Origin: a virus
Direction: 5' to 3' (one strand)
DNA length: 64,000 nucleotides
IMG/VR virus record: IMGVR_UViG_3300005573_001035
Coordinates: 32,001 to 96,000 of that record
The position numbers and the translations under genes were made by a program. Below, one piece after another: positions 9,658-18,800 of this stretch (positions are counted from its first letter, which is position 1; each line of letters begins with the position of its first letter). The notes under the pieces were generated by a model, which was not told the origin of the DNA, ran no database searches, and saw nothing but the letters and a program-made list of their open reading frames with translations.

Positions 9658-11435
9658 TAGAATTCCTCCTCGCTATCTTGCTCTGCAAGAAGTTCTTTTT
9701 TCTTTTCCACAGATGAAAACAATTTTAAGATATCATCTAAATTAGACGGAAATGAAACAGGGATTAATTTTCTACCTGGTTCTAGAGCAACTTTCTTTAG
9801 TTGATGAGGAGAAAATTCTCCCAGCCCTTTAAACCTAGTTATTGTCCGATTTGCCGCTCTAGCTTGACTTAATTGATTGACATCCCAAAGAGGAATAAAT
9901 GTTTTCTTCTCATTGATTGCATACAGAGGAGTTACACAGATATAAAGCTTACCGCTTTTAATGATCTCAGGCATTAAGACAGAAAACATGGCTAAAAGCA
10001 AACAACATATATGCTTTCCATCCTCGTCATAATCAGAAAGAATTATAACTTTATCATATCTCAGCTTAGATATATCCATGTTGGGAACAATCCCCGTTCC
10101 CACTGCCTGAATAATTTCGGAGATCTCGTTATTGGAAAGAAGGTCTTTCTTCGTTACTACAGACGGTATTTTTCCTTTGAGGGGCATCACAGCGTGGATC
10201 TTAGGGTCTCGACACTGGAGAAGAGATCCAGCAGCACTTTGTCCCTCGACAATAAAAAGCTCCCCATCCCTATGGCTACAATCTCTAAGCCGAGTAAACT
10301 TGGTCAAGTATCTTTTATTTCCTACATCTCCAATGACTTTCTTTGAATTTAGCTTTGCTCGATAATCTGCGAAGTGTTGAAGAAGAATATCTAATTGGTC
10401 TGGATTCTTTGAAAAGAATGCTTCTAGTTGTCTTTGCAAAGGAGAGAATAGATGCTCTAATTCTTGCTTCTGGTTAATTAGTCGATCTTTGGTTTGGCCG
10501 CTAAAAGATGGATTTTCTAGAAGCAAATGCAAATGCGCTCTTAAACCAAAGAAAATATCTCCGGCTAGGAAATTGAATTTCTTAGAATTCTTTCCAAGAA
10601 CGTTCTTCAATACGTCTTGAAACATCAAAATATGAGTTCCTCCCTCTACTGGGAGCAAGTTTACGTTGGATTTAATTTTTGGTGTCTGGGACCCAGTTAA
10701 ATTATAACATAAGAGAACGAAAATAGATTCTGACCCGCTCTTATGAGAAATAGAAATGATAGAAGAAAACTCATCGTTGGCATCCAGGTCTCTTTTAAAG
10801 ATTTCTTCTTTGGTGCAGGTAATAGAAGAGAGTTTTGAGTTCACATTGTACAGAAAGTTAACTCCTGGAAAGTGAGCTGCCGCAAGTTCTAATCTGTCTT
10901 TAATAAAATCCGTATTAGGAACCAGAGATGAAAAGTACTTTTCGCTTGGAATAAACGTCACTCGAGTTGAGTAAGGAATCTTTCCGGTGTAAGGTTCTTC
11001 AATTTTTTGGAGCAACTTGGAAAAGACATACTCATAGTAACATCTTTTACCATCTCGAAATACCTCCACAATAAATTTCTTGCTCAAAGCATTTACGGCA
11101 ACTAATCCCACACCATGCATACCTAAGCTAATTTTGTAAGCTGTCTTTTTTCCTTTAAACTTGGCTCCAGAAAACAACTTACTACAAACTGTATCAATTT
11201 GAGTTAAGGGAATTCCTCGACCATTATCGTAAATAGAATAAGTGAAATTTGCAGAATCTATGTCAAGAAGTATAATCGTGGCATACCCTGCTTCGGCCTC
11301 ATCTAGAGCATTATCTAAGATCTCTTCTACCAGAGAGGTTGGGTCTGACGTATCTCCAACATACATTCCCGGATTGGTCTGAATGTGCTCAATTTCTGAT
11401 AGAACTTGTATGTCCTTGTCTGTGTAAGATACCAC
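9657..11435 (-). CDS. gyrB: Type IIA topoisomerase subunit B (GyrB/ParE-like)
   Basis: PGMYVG, EILDNALDE, DNGRGIP, GMHGVG, TOPRIM VEGQSA, PLKGK, DYDEDG and RFKGLGE. Start set at GTG 11435 after AAGGAGG. Confidence 0.92.
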   Translation of the reverse strand: MVSYTDKDIQVLSEIEHIQTNPGMYVGDTSDPTSLVEEILDNALDEAEAGYATIILLDIDSANFTYSIYDNGRGIPLTQIDTVCSKLFSGAKFKGKKTAYKISLGMHGVGLVAVNALSKKFIVEVFRDGKRCYYEYVFSKLLQKIEEPYTGKIPYSTRVTFIPSEKYFSSLVPNTDFIKDRLELAAAHFPGVNFLYNVNSKLSSITCTKEEIFKRDLDANDEFSSIISISHKSGSESIFVLLCYNLTGSQTPKIKSNVNLLPVEGGTHILMFQDVLKNVLGKNSKKFNFLAGDIFFGLRAHLHLLLENPSFSGQTKDRLINQKQELEHLFSPLQRQLEAFFSKNPDQLDILLQHFADYRAKLNSKKVIGDVGNKRYLTKFTRLRDCSHRDGELFIVEGQSAAGSLLQCRDPKIHAVMPLKGKIPSVVTKKDLLSNNEISEIIQAVGTGIVPNMDISKLRYDKVIILSDYDEDGKHICCLLLAMFSVLMPEIIKSGKLYICVTPLYAINEKKTFIPLWDVNQLSQARAANRTITRFKGLGEFSPHQLKKVALEPGRKLIPVSFPSNLDDILKLFSSVEKKKELLAEQDSEEEF

Positions 11436-11460
11436 TCGTATCCTCCTTCCCCATATATAC

Positions 11461-11535
11461 GAAAAAATAGAGAGAAGCAAGAGGAGTTTAGTTGCTTAGA
11501 AAATCTAGCCCTCTCCCTCTTGCTTCTCTTTTTTC
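11461..11535. terminator. Probable bidirectional intrinsic terminator
   Basis: 14-bp perfect stem AGAGAAGCAAGAGG (11471-11484) / CCTCTTGCTTCTCT (11516-11529), with a U-tract on both strands; long loop. Confidence 0.65.
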
Positions 11536-11537
11536 AT

Positions 11538-12488
11538 CTAGAATGGAATATCATCATCCCCTGCTATCATAGCATCTATGTCGATTCCAAGACCCCTCTT
11601 CTTAGGTTTAGAGGTAGGCGGTGGAGACACCGATGGAATTGGCGGAGGAGGAGTGGGTTCTGGACCGGGCTTGCTTGTTTCACTCTCTATGGGAGGAACG
11701 ATCTCTTGAGGAGGGGTATCTTCTAGAGTGCTAGAATCTATATAGCCAGAAGACATGTTCTGGCTCCAATCAAATTTCTGGTCAAACTTAGAAACCAACG
11801 ACGTAGCCATCTTCAATAGATCTTGAATTTGCTCCTTATCTAACTCTTTTACTTTCTCCAAGTGAAAACAGTCTTTATCTCCAAATCTAGTTGGAACTTT
11901 TCCAACTCGAATTCTAGTTAGAAATCGTCTTGTATTCACAGAGCTTCTTTCCAGAGCATCATCATGACTTGATACTAGATGCAGCAATGGCTCTGCTTGA
12001 TAAATTTCAGATAAGTATTCATTTACTGGGCCGTACTTAATGCCTTTAGCTCGAATGAAGATAAAGACTGGCTTACCAGACTCATCGAGAATTACATCTC
12101 CATCTGGCTTGGTCAATAAACCAGCAACTATGAGATTAGATCTACATGGTCTGCAATACTCGACTGCCGCTCTTGCCTGAGAATTCTTTCCGCATTGCAA
12201 ACCACTAGTCCCAAAGTATGGAGGATTGCCTTTTCGGTAGCTAAAACACTCAATCCTGGTTTGATTTGGATTGTTTGGATCCGGAACTTCTTTAACTAGG
12301 ATCTGCTTAATGAATAGGATCGCCATGTAAACTTCGGATAGATTATAATCGAAGCCCCTGATCTGTAGTTTCCCAGGAACCTCCACGATTCCCTTGTGAT
12401 TGGTTCTGCTAGCTCCGGAGATGTACACACTCTTCCAGAATTCCTCTTCTGGTGCAATCTGCTTCCGGCTGGTAACATCTTGATACAT
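11538..12488 (-). CDS. Putative single-stranded DNA-binding/recombination protein with an SSB-type acidic tail
   Basis: Pro-rich linker ending GDDDIPF, the canonical bacterial SSB-Ct. Cys cluster in the core; located in the replication cluster. Confidence 0.65.
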   Translation of the reverse strand: MYQDVTSRKQIAPEEEFWKSVYISGASRTNHKGIVEVPGKLQIRGFDYNLSEVYMAILFIKQILVKEVPDPNNPNQTRIECFSYRKGNPPYFGTSGLQCGKNSQARAAVEYCRPCRSNLIVAGLLTKPDGDVILDESGKPVFIFIRAKGIKYGPVNEYLSEIYQAEPLLHLVSSHDDALERSSVNTRRFLTRIRVGKVPTRFGDKDCFHLEKVKELDKEQIQDLLKMATSLVSKFDQKFDWSQNMSSGYIDSSTLEDTPPQEIVPPIESETSKPGPEPTPPPPIPSVSPPPTSKPKKRGLGIDIDAMIAGDDDIPF

Positions 12489-12499
12489 TTTTCATCTCC

Positions 12500-13066
12500 T
12501 TATCTTGTGGGTTTGAGTACAAAATCTGAGTAGCTGTAGGTGCCATTCGGCAAAAGAATTATATAGAACTCCTCGTTAAACCAGCATTGGATTTGATACT
12601 CGGCGAGTTTGTCAGAACTAAATTCTTTCTTAACTTTGCTCTCGAATTGAGAGGTGTCAATTCTAGATGTGAAGAAAGACGTGAAGATTCGAACTTTATT
12701 AGAAGTAATTGGTCCTCTCATCAATTTTGTGTGAGGGCAATACGCTACAAACGTAATTCCGCTTTGAACGGGATAGAAAATCTCATTCTTAACGAAGTAC
12801 ATTCCTGTATCTAAATCTTTAACTATTCGTTCTGCTTCTTGAATTCTTTGAATTGAGGTATGAATCCTACACATACTTTGGTCTGGTCTTGAGATGCTTT
12901 GGCAATCTGAACAATCTTCAGGTTTGATATCAAATAAATCGTAGTTTTTAACTTCCCTAAGCCTTAAGATCTTCGATCGATTGAGAAGAAATTTAACCAG
13001 CGTTATCGGATATATGATCCCATCCAGTTTGTTCTTGCAAAAATCTTCCGCTTTAATTTCATACAT
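12500..13066 (-). CDS. Hypothetical protein with a possible Zn site
   Basis: 188 aa, CSDC...CRIH, SD GGAGGT. Confidence 0.7.
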   Translation of the reverse strand: MYEIKAEDFCKNKLDGIIYPITLVKFLLNRSKILRLREVKNYDLFDIKPEDCSDCQSISRPDQSMCRIHTSIQRIQEAERIVKDLDTGMYFVKNEIFYPVQSGITFVAYCPHTKLMRGPITSNKVRIFTSFFTSRIDTSQFESKVKKEFSSDKLAEYQIQCWFNEEFYIILLPNGTYSYSDFVLKPTR

Positions 13067-13234
13067 GATATGTTACCTCCCTTTCGTAAAGTTCATAACA
13101 AGTTATCCCTTTTTCGTAATCGAAAGTAGATCCAACTATTTGCCTCCTTTCCAGTTACTTTTCTTTTTCTAGCTATTCTCTCTGGTATGTATATCACATT
13201 TTCTCATTCCTCCTTTCTTTCCCTACAACGAATT

Positions 13235-13454
13235 TTTCGAACAAAAAATCTGCATTATATTAGATTCTAATCTCTCCCATCATCACCATTGAGGGGGGGA
13301 TCAAAAAAGATCGCCCTCAATGGCGATGACAGGAGAGACATGTAAATTTCGAACAAAAAATCTACAAAACTTACTCTAAAAATCAAGACTATTGAAGATC
13401 TAGGCTAAAAGAGGCCAAAAGAAAGACCTCTCTTAGGCTAGACCTTCAATGGTC
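13235..13454. repeat. Two units of a 17-bp direct repeat plus a 68-nt imperfect hairpin (candidate structured ncRNA or cis element)
   Basis: TTTCGAACAAAAAATCT at 13235-13251 and 13347-13363. Hairpins at 13271-13338 and 13387-13454 share C(C/T)TCAATGG in the right arm. Confidence 0.75.
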
Positions 13455-13520
13455 CTACGAATTTCCAATAATTAATATATAAAGTTAATGGCTTCCAAAA
13501 CAGAATAATTCTAGTAGAAA

Positions 13521-13826
13521 CTAACTAACTTCTTCAGAATTACTAGCTACATTTTGCTCAGATTTCTTCTCTGGAGGAGAAGGTATATTGACCTGAACCG
13601 GTCTAAGAGGATTATCAAGATCAAAAACCACATTCGCAGAAGGGGAGGGATTTAGATCGCATAGAAGCCTCTTCATAGCCGGAGGGAAATCTGGATCATC
13701 ATACGTGAGAGTAAGCCTAGATTTAAACGTAAAATGGACTCCATCTGAGGTTTCTTGGACACCAAGAAACTGGCTTCTTTCACATTCAGCTACGAAACTC
13801 CCTTTCTTAATGGTTATCTTGCTCAT
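13521..13826 (-). CDS. Hypothetical protein
   Basis: 101-aa ORF with SD AAGGAGG. Confidence 0.7.
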   Translation of the reverse strand: MSKITIKKGSFVAECERSQFLGVQETSDGVHFTFKSRLTLTYDDPDFPPAMKRLLCDLNPSPSANVVFDLDNPLRPVQVNIPSPPEKKSEQNVASNSEEVS

Positions 13827-14445
13827 TTTTCACCTGGCCTCCTTTTTCTATGTTTTCTTCTAAAACAAACGGAAATTCTTCTGAGTTTAAATCCATCCTC
13901 CGAAACAAATAATTTAAGATAACTATAGACTTATTTGTTCTTAGAACATAACTAATAAGGGGATTTCTAATCTTGGGTAACAAGAAAGAAAGCATTTCAT
14001 AGATCTTTGTAAACATTTGAGAATCAATCTCATTCTTTTCGATCCAATTTCGATTAGCTCGAATAGATTTCCAAATTGGATATACCAAGTCCATATCTAA
14101 GCCATCTTCCCAATATACAATGCTTCTAATAATAAATTCTGCAGCGCTTTTATCAGCTATGGTAAGAAAGTCTAAGTTTGCTAATCCATATTTCTGCAAC
14201 CAAGCTTCATACAAACAATTGGCTAGTTTAATCCTACTTTCTTCATCCATCCAACCAAAGATCACATCATATAGGGCTTCGTAAGTTGGAATAAAATCTT
14301 TGCTTGCTAGAGCATCTTGGAGTTGAGAAATATAGAGATCTTGTAAGCTTTGGTTAGCAATGTCATATGAATCAGAATCTTCATCATCTCGATAGGGATC
14401 TTGTGGAGTATCTAACCATATGGAGTCAATTTTTGTTATTTCCAT
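13807..14445 (-). CDS. Hypothetical acidic helical protein
   Basis: 212-aa ORF with SD AAGGAG, immediately downstream of the RNAP genes. Confidence 0.7.
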   Translation of the reverse strand: MEITKIDSIWLDTPQDPYRDDEDSDSYDIANQSLQDLYISQLQDALASKDFIPTYEALYDVIFGWMDEESRIKLANCLYEAWLQKYGLANLDFLTIADKSAAEFIIRSIVYWEDGLDMDLVYPIWKSIRANRNWIEKNEIDSQMFTKIYEMLSFLLPKIRNPLISYVLRTNKSIVILNYLFRRMDLNSEEFPFVLEENIEKGGQVKNEQDNH

Positions 14446-14477
14446 TTGTTTTTTTGGCTCCTTTCTAACCCCGGCTC

Positions 14478-16043
14478 TTAGCCGGTTAACATGATACTTG
14501 TTAAATATGCTTTGAGCAATTCTTTAGGAGTATTTGTCTTTGCCTCAACAAAAGACGAATGTCCTGTTTGGATTATGTTACTAATAATTTCATTTTTTGA
14601 TACAACATCGTCCGCTATTGGACCAAAGAACTCACTCAAAAGAGCTAAACAATTGTATCCAATGAGAACATACGTCTCAGCCTCGCCTAGTCTCTGACCC
14701 CCACCTCTCGATTTTCCTGCTACTGGTTGCCTAGTTTTAGATGTATACAATCCAGTGGACCTAGCATGGACCTTGAACTCAGCAATATGTTCTAGTTTAT
14801 TAATATACATGTAACCCACAGGAACTGGGTAGTATGTTTTTTGGTTATCATAACATGGTAGCACTAGGTGGTATTTTGTTTGTAACCCAGCCGCTTTCAA
14901 AGCAAGTAAAATCTCCTTATACGTAGGAGCTTTAAATGGCGGAATAAGAATAGGAAAAAATTCAAACTTTTTTGTTTGTTCTAGTAACTCCCTAAATTGA
15001 GAGGGAGAAGAGGTTTGAATGAAACGAATTACCGAACTAGAATAACGCTGATTTGGAGTCTTATCTAATAAGGGAAGAATTAAACTAACAATTCTTTCTA
15101 CATTTTGTTTAGTGGGGCTAGATAGAATCTTTCTTGCCATCCATTTAGAAAGAAGGCCCACATAGAGTTCATAAAGCTGACCCACATTCATTCTATTAAC
15201 AATGCCAAGGGGGTTTAAGATAAGCTCAACTCTTTCTCCCCACGGAGTTATAGGCATAGAGTCTTCATCTTCAATCAAGGCAATCGTCCCTTTGTTACCA
15301 TGACGATTAGAGAGTTTGTCCCCAGTGGTTATATTTAGCTGGAATCTAAGATAGAATTTCAATAGGGTCTTTTCTAATTTCTCCCCCTTGTTAGTTAGAA
15401 TTTGAGAAGGACTGATATTATATCTTTTTCTCGTCTCTTGTGACAAACCATGTAAGATAGGTGGAGGATTGTTACTGAAACAATCAATTTGCATAATAAA
15501 CCCACCTGGACTTTTCTTCACATAGAGTCCAGATTCCATTTCTTCTAATTCTTCTTCTGAGACTTGAAAGATAGATTCTAGATTACCAGGAACTTTCTTC
15601 AATAATGGTTCGCCTTTTTTGGTATCCGTTCCTTCTGGAACAATGTACACAACTCGATCATCTGGTTCAATTTCTTCTTCGATAACCAAGGAGTGGTAAG
15701 AAACCAACTTTTGTTGCTCAACTACTGAGCTGCTAATCACAATGGCATCTTCGAAGTTATAACCCTTGTACGGCATTATAGCGGTTAGAAAGTTTCTTCC
15801 TGTACTAATGCTTCCATAAGATACGCATGCCCCCTCAGCAATGATCTGGTTCTTTTGAACGATCTCTCCTGGAGACACAACAGGATGAAAAACAGATAGC
15901 GTATGCTTTCCACTCCCACTTCGTAGTATAGTAGGTCTTATATCAATAGAAATCCTATTGCTAGCGGATAGGCCATCTTTTTGAGATGGGGAGTATCGAA
16001 CTTGCTCAATAAGACCGTCCTGTTGTTGTGTTTCTTCTAACAC
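14478..16043 (-). CDS. rpoB: Multisubunit RNA polymerase beta subunit, C-terminal part
   Basis: GYNFEDAIV, GDKLSNRHGNKG, LNPLGIVNRMNVGQ, YMYINKLEH, HARSTG and GGQRLGEAE. Confidence 0.93.
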   Translation of the reverse strand: MLEETQQQDGLIEQVRYSPSQKDGLSASNRISIDIRPTILRSGSGKHTLSVFHPVVSPGEIVQKNQIIAEGACVSYGSISTGRNFLTAIMPYKGYNFEDAIVISSSVVEQQKLVSYHSLVIEEEIEPDDRVVYIVPEGTDTKKGEPLLKKVPGNLESIFQVSEEELEEMESGLYVKKSPGGFIMQIDCFSNNPPPILHGLSQETRKRYNISPSQILTNKGEKLEKTLLKFYLRFQLNITTGDKLSNRHGNKGTIALIEDEDSMPITPWGERVELILNPLGIVNRMNVGQLYELYVGLLSKWMARKILSSPTKQNVERIVSLILPLLDKTPNQRYSSSVIRFIQTSSPSQFRELLEQTKKFEFFPILIPPFKAPTYKEILLALKAAGLQTKYHLVLPCYDNQKTYYPVPVGYMYINKLEHIAEFKVHARSTGLYTSKTRQPVAGKSRGGGQRLGEAETYVLIGYNCLALLSEFFGPIADDVVSKNEIISNIIQTGHSSFVEAKTNTPKELLKAYLTSIMLTG

Positions 16044-16067
16044 CTTAGTTTGGTTCTCCTCTCTTTT

Positions 16068-18776
16068 TTACGAAAGTGGTTGGAGAATAATACTATCTTG
16101 ACTAACATTTAGAACCCGAGCTTTAGTAGGAGACCTCTTGACAAATTTATCTGACAAGTAATTGGTTAAAATTCCTTCATACCCGCTCATTACGGCAGGG
16201 GGCTCAGGATTGCTGAGCGGAAGAGCTTGTTTCATTTGCTGAGTTGCCATCATGACCCTGGCCCCATCATTCATTTCTATAAAGGGAATTAAAGAAGAGG
16301 TTGTGCTTAGAATACCAGAACCCTCACTATTAGACCCATCGCTCTTTCCAAATATACCCCTAGCACTGCTTATATAACTCCCAATAGCAAGTTGTTGGTT
16401 AATTCCGATATTTCCTCCTTCTGGGGTATCAACTGGGTCAATGTTGGAGTAATATGATGGATCTAAATTTCTCTTTGCCACTGAGACTGCTTCTCTTGAT
16501 ATGGCGCCCGTAGTTTTTCCTACGAACGTAACTTTCGTTATTTCTGCTAGTTCCTCTACTGGATTCTGGTATTCCATCTTAGAAACAATCTCGGAATTTC
16601 GAAATTGGGTTAGAACCTTATTGGGTTCAATTTCAAGTTTAGCGTTATAGTTTCCAGCTAAAATCTGCTCTCTATACAATGAGTACTGGGCTAAGATGTA
16701 TTTTTGAAGATAATTAACAAAGATCTCAGAACTTCGAAGTCGATAATATGTTAGATCATTTGGCCTATGGGTTTTTCCTTCTGAAATTCCATGGCACATG
16801 TAGTATATGATTTGTGGAAGATTTACAGGCAAGTACATACTAAGAAGAATCTGTTTAGCCATGGAGTCAACGATATTAGATAGAATCTCAAATAGAACAT
16901 AAACTACTCTTCTACTTCCAGACACGATCTCAATAATATCTTTGTATAAATCTTTGCTCTCGATTGGTTTATCTGTAGAAGATGGAAACTTTATTCTTCT
17001 GAATGAATTTGCAAATAGCTCTTGTTCCTTATTTCTTATGCCTGTGATTATAAGAAAGAGGTTAGTCGCAACTTTTATAAGCAACTCTCCCTCGGAAATA
17101 TTTCTGGGTCTTTTGGTTTCAATTCGATATGATAACGAAAACAATTCAAGCGCCTCTTTAAGTCCCATGTAAGCACAAAGAACTAAGGCCAAAGGATACT
17201 GACCAGCAGCAATAAAGATACTAAAGTAATTGTAACTTCTAGTTTCCTTTAAACTAATCGTAAAGGTAGAATAGGCGCTCCTAAATACACTAACTCCCCT
17301 TTCAGGAAATGTTATTGGAACTATAAATAACTGGTTAACAAGAAGGTTAATCTTGCCATCAATAAGCATTCTACCATCTGATTGGACTTTTGGAATATAA
17401 ATCTGTATCTTTTGTAATTGATTATTGTAATTTCTAATTGTAATCTGCAAAATTGAAATATCACTAGGAGAAACGTCATATTTTGATGGTTGATATTCTT
17501 TGATTTGATATGATACAATCTTTGTAGGAATATCTTTTGATTCCAGAACCTTGAATGTTTCTATTGAGTCCTTTATTAAGTTAGTTTCAAAGTCCTTTTT
17601 CCTCTTCTCAACTATATGGCCTGGTACCTTGTCATCTACCAGCTCAGTCACAGGAGCTGCTTTCACAACAGGATGGCTGGCTTGAGTTTGAACTTTCTCT
17701 GGTTCTAAGAACTCATCTTTTAGGTTTGTCACAAGTTTTGCTAAAACTTGTTTCTTTTCCTTGGTGGTAAGACTGGAAGCTATTCTGGCGATCCTGCTTG
17801 GATTAGGAATTGTCCTAGAAACGATAGACTTAAAAGCTAAGTCAATAGATTTGTGGACAATGGGTTCGGGTGGTTTTGAAATAAGAGATGGAATCTTTTT
17901 CTTCTCAGCATTAGAAGGCTCAGGAACCGAAGATGCATATACGAGAATGTCATTATCCGCGTCTTCCAAATTCTTTTTAACCAGGTAAGATGATATACTT
18001 TTTTGAATAACTTCCTGGTCTACTTCTGGAACTTCCTCATTCACAACCGGGGAGACAGCACTTGCAATAGTACTAGCATGTTGCTCAACTTCTTTGGAAT
18101 CAAGATTGGATCCTTGTTTACTTGCTTCGGTTTTAATCATTGTAATTCGATTTAAGACCCTCACATAGTTCACGTCTCGGTCTTTAACTAAAAGACGGTA
18201 TAAGACTCCTTTTGTCGGGGAAATTGTACATAACAACAAATCATCAAATGGCAACTCAGTTGGCTGTGTTTTTAGAAGTTTTAAGATTGGAAATAACTTA
18301 GAATTCATATAGTAGGGAACATTCTTTGATACATCTACCATATAGATCAAGACTTTTCGGTGGCGCGGAAATTGACTTAACGTAGAAAATAAGAACCTGG
18401 TAATAAATTGTCCATAACGCATTCTGTAGTTGGTGGGTTTAAACTTAATATCCATAGAAGAGAAAAACCAACTATAATCAATCATAAAATTGCGAGCAAT
18501 CATACTTATCGTTGGAGTCATTTTAAGAGGAACCAACCTTTTCTTTCGATACAAAGTTATGAGCTTCGCAGATAAGAAAGTTCTGGGAATAACCGTGCTA
18601 GGAACTACAACATGAAAAGAATCAATCCTTCTAATTTTAAGTGCTTCGTAGTTTTCTAACATTGTGGTATTCTCAGGAAAGAAAACAAGCAAATAAGGCC
18701 TAGTTTTCGTATACGGAAAATAGACCTGAGAAACCACTTGGACATAAGGAATAAGTTGGTCTAGACGTCTAGCCAC
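16068..18776 (-). CDS. rpoB: Multisubunit RNA polymerase beta subunit, N-terminal part with a long N-terminal extension
   Basis: IPKVQSDGRMLIDGKINLLVNQL, IDPVDTPEGGNIG and SLIPFIEMNDGARVMMATQQMKQALPL match RpoB conserved regions. Confidence 0.88.
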   Translation of the reverse strand: MARRLDQLIPYVQVVSQVYFPYTKTRPYLLVFFPENTTMLENYEALKIRRIDSFHVVVPSTVIPRTFLSAKLITLYRKKRLVPLKMTPTISMIARNFMIDYSWFFSSMDIKFKPTNYRMRYGQFITRFLFSTLSQFPRHRKVLIYMVDVSKNVPYYMNSKLFPILKLLKTQPTELPFDDLLLCTISPTKGVLYRLLVKDRDVNYVRVLNRITMIKTEASKQGSNLDSKEVEQHASTIASAVSPVVNEEVPEVDQEVIQKSISSYLVKKNLEDADNDILVYASSVPEPSNAEKKKIPSLISKPPEPIVHKSIDLAFKSIVSRTIPNPSRIARIASSLTTKEKKQVLAKLVTNLKDEFLEPEKVQTQASHPVVKAAPVTELVDDKVPGHIVEKRKKDFETNLIKDSIETFKVLESKDIPTKIVSYQIKEYQPSKYDVSPSDISILQITIRNYNNQLQKIQIYIPKVQSDGRMLIDGKINLLVNQLFIVPITFPERGVSVFRSAYSTFTISLKETRSYNYFSIFIAAGQYPLALVLCAYMGLKEALELFSLSYRIETKRPRNISEGELLIKVATNLFLIITGIRNKEQELFANSFRRIKFPSSTDKPIESKDLYKDIIEIVSGSRRVVYVLFEILSNIVDSMAKQILLSMYLPVNLPQIIYYMCHGISEGKTHRPNDLTYYRLRSSEIFVNYLQKYILAQYSLYREQILAGNYNAKLEIEPNKVLTQFRNSEIVSKMEYQNPVEELAEITKVTFVGKTTGAISREAVSVAKRNLDPSYYSNIDPVDTPEGGNIGINQQLAIGSYISSARGIFGKSDGSNSEGSGILSTTSSLIPFIEMNDGARVMMATQQMKQALPLSNPEPPAVMSGYEGILTNYLSDKFVKRSPTKARVLNVSQDSIILQPLS

Positions 18777-18800
18777 TTTGTTTTGTTTTCCTCCTGAGAG

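Noticed and set aside
13235-13454. Motif-hairpin units as a mini CRISPR array or tRNAs
   Set aside because: Only two 17-nt repeats with ~95-nt self-complementary spacers; no cloverleaf or T-loop motif.
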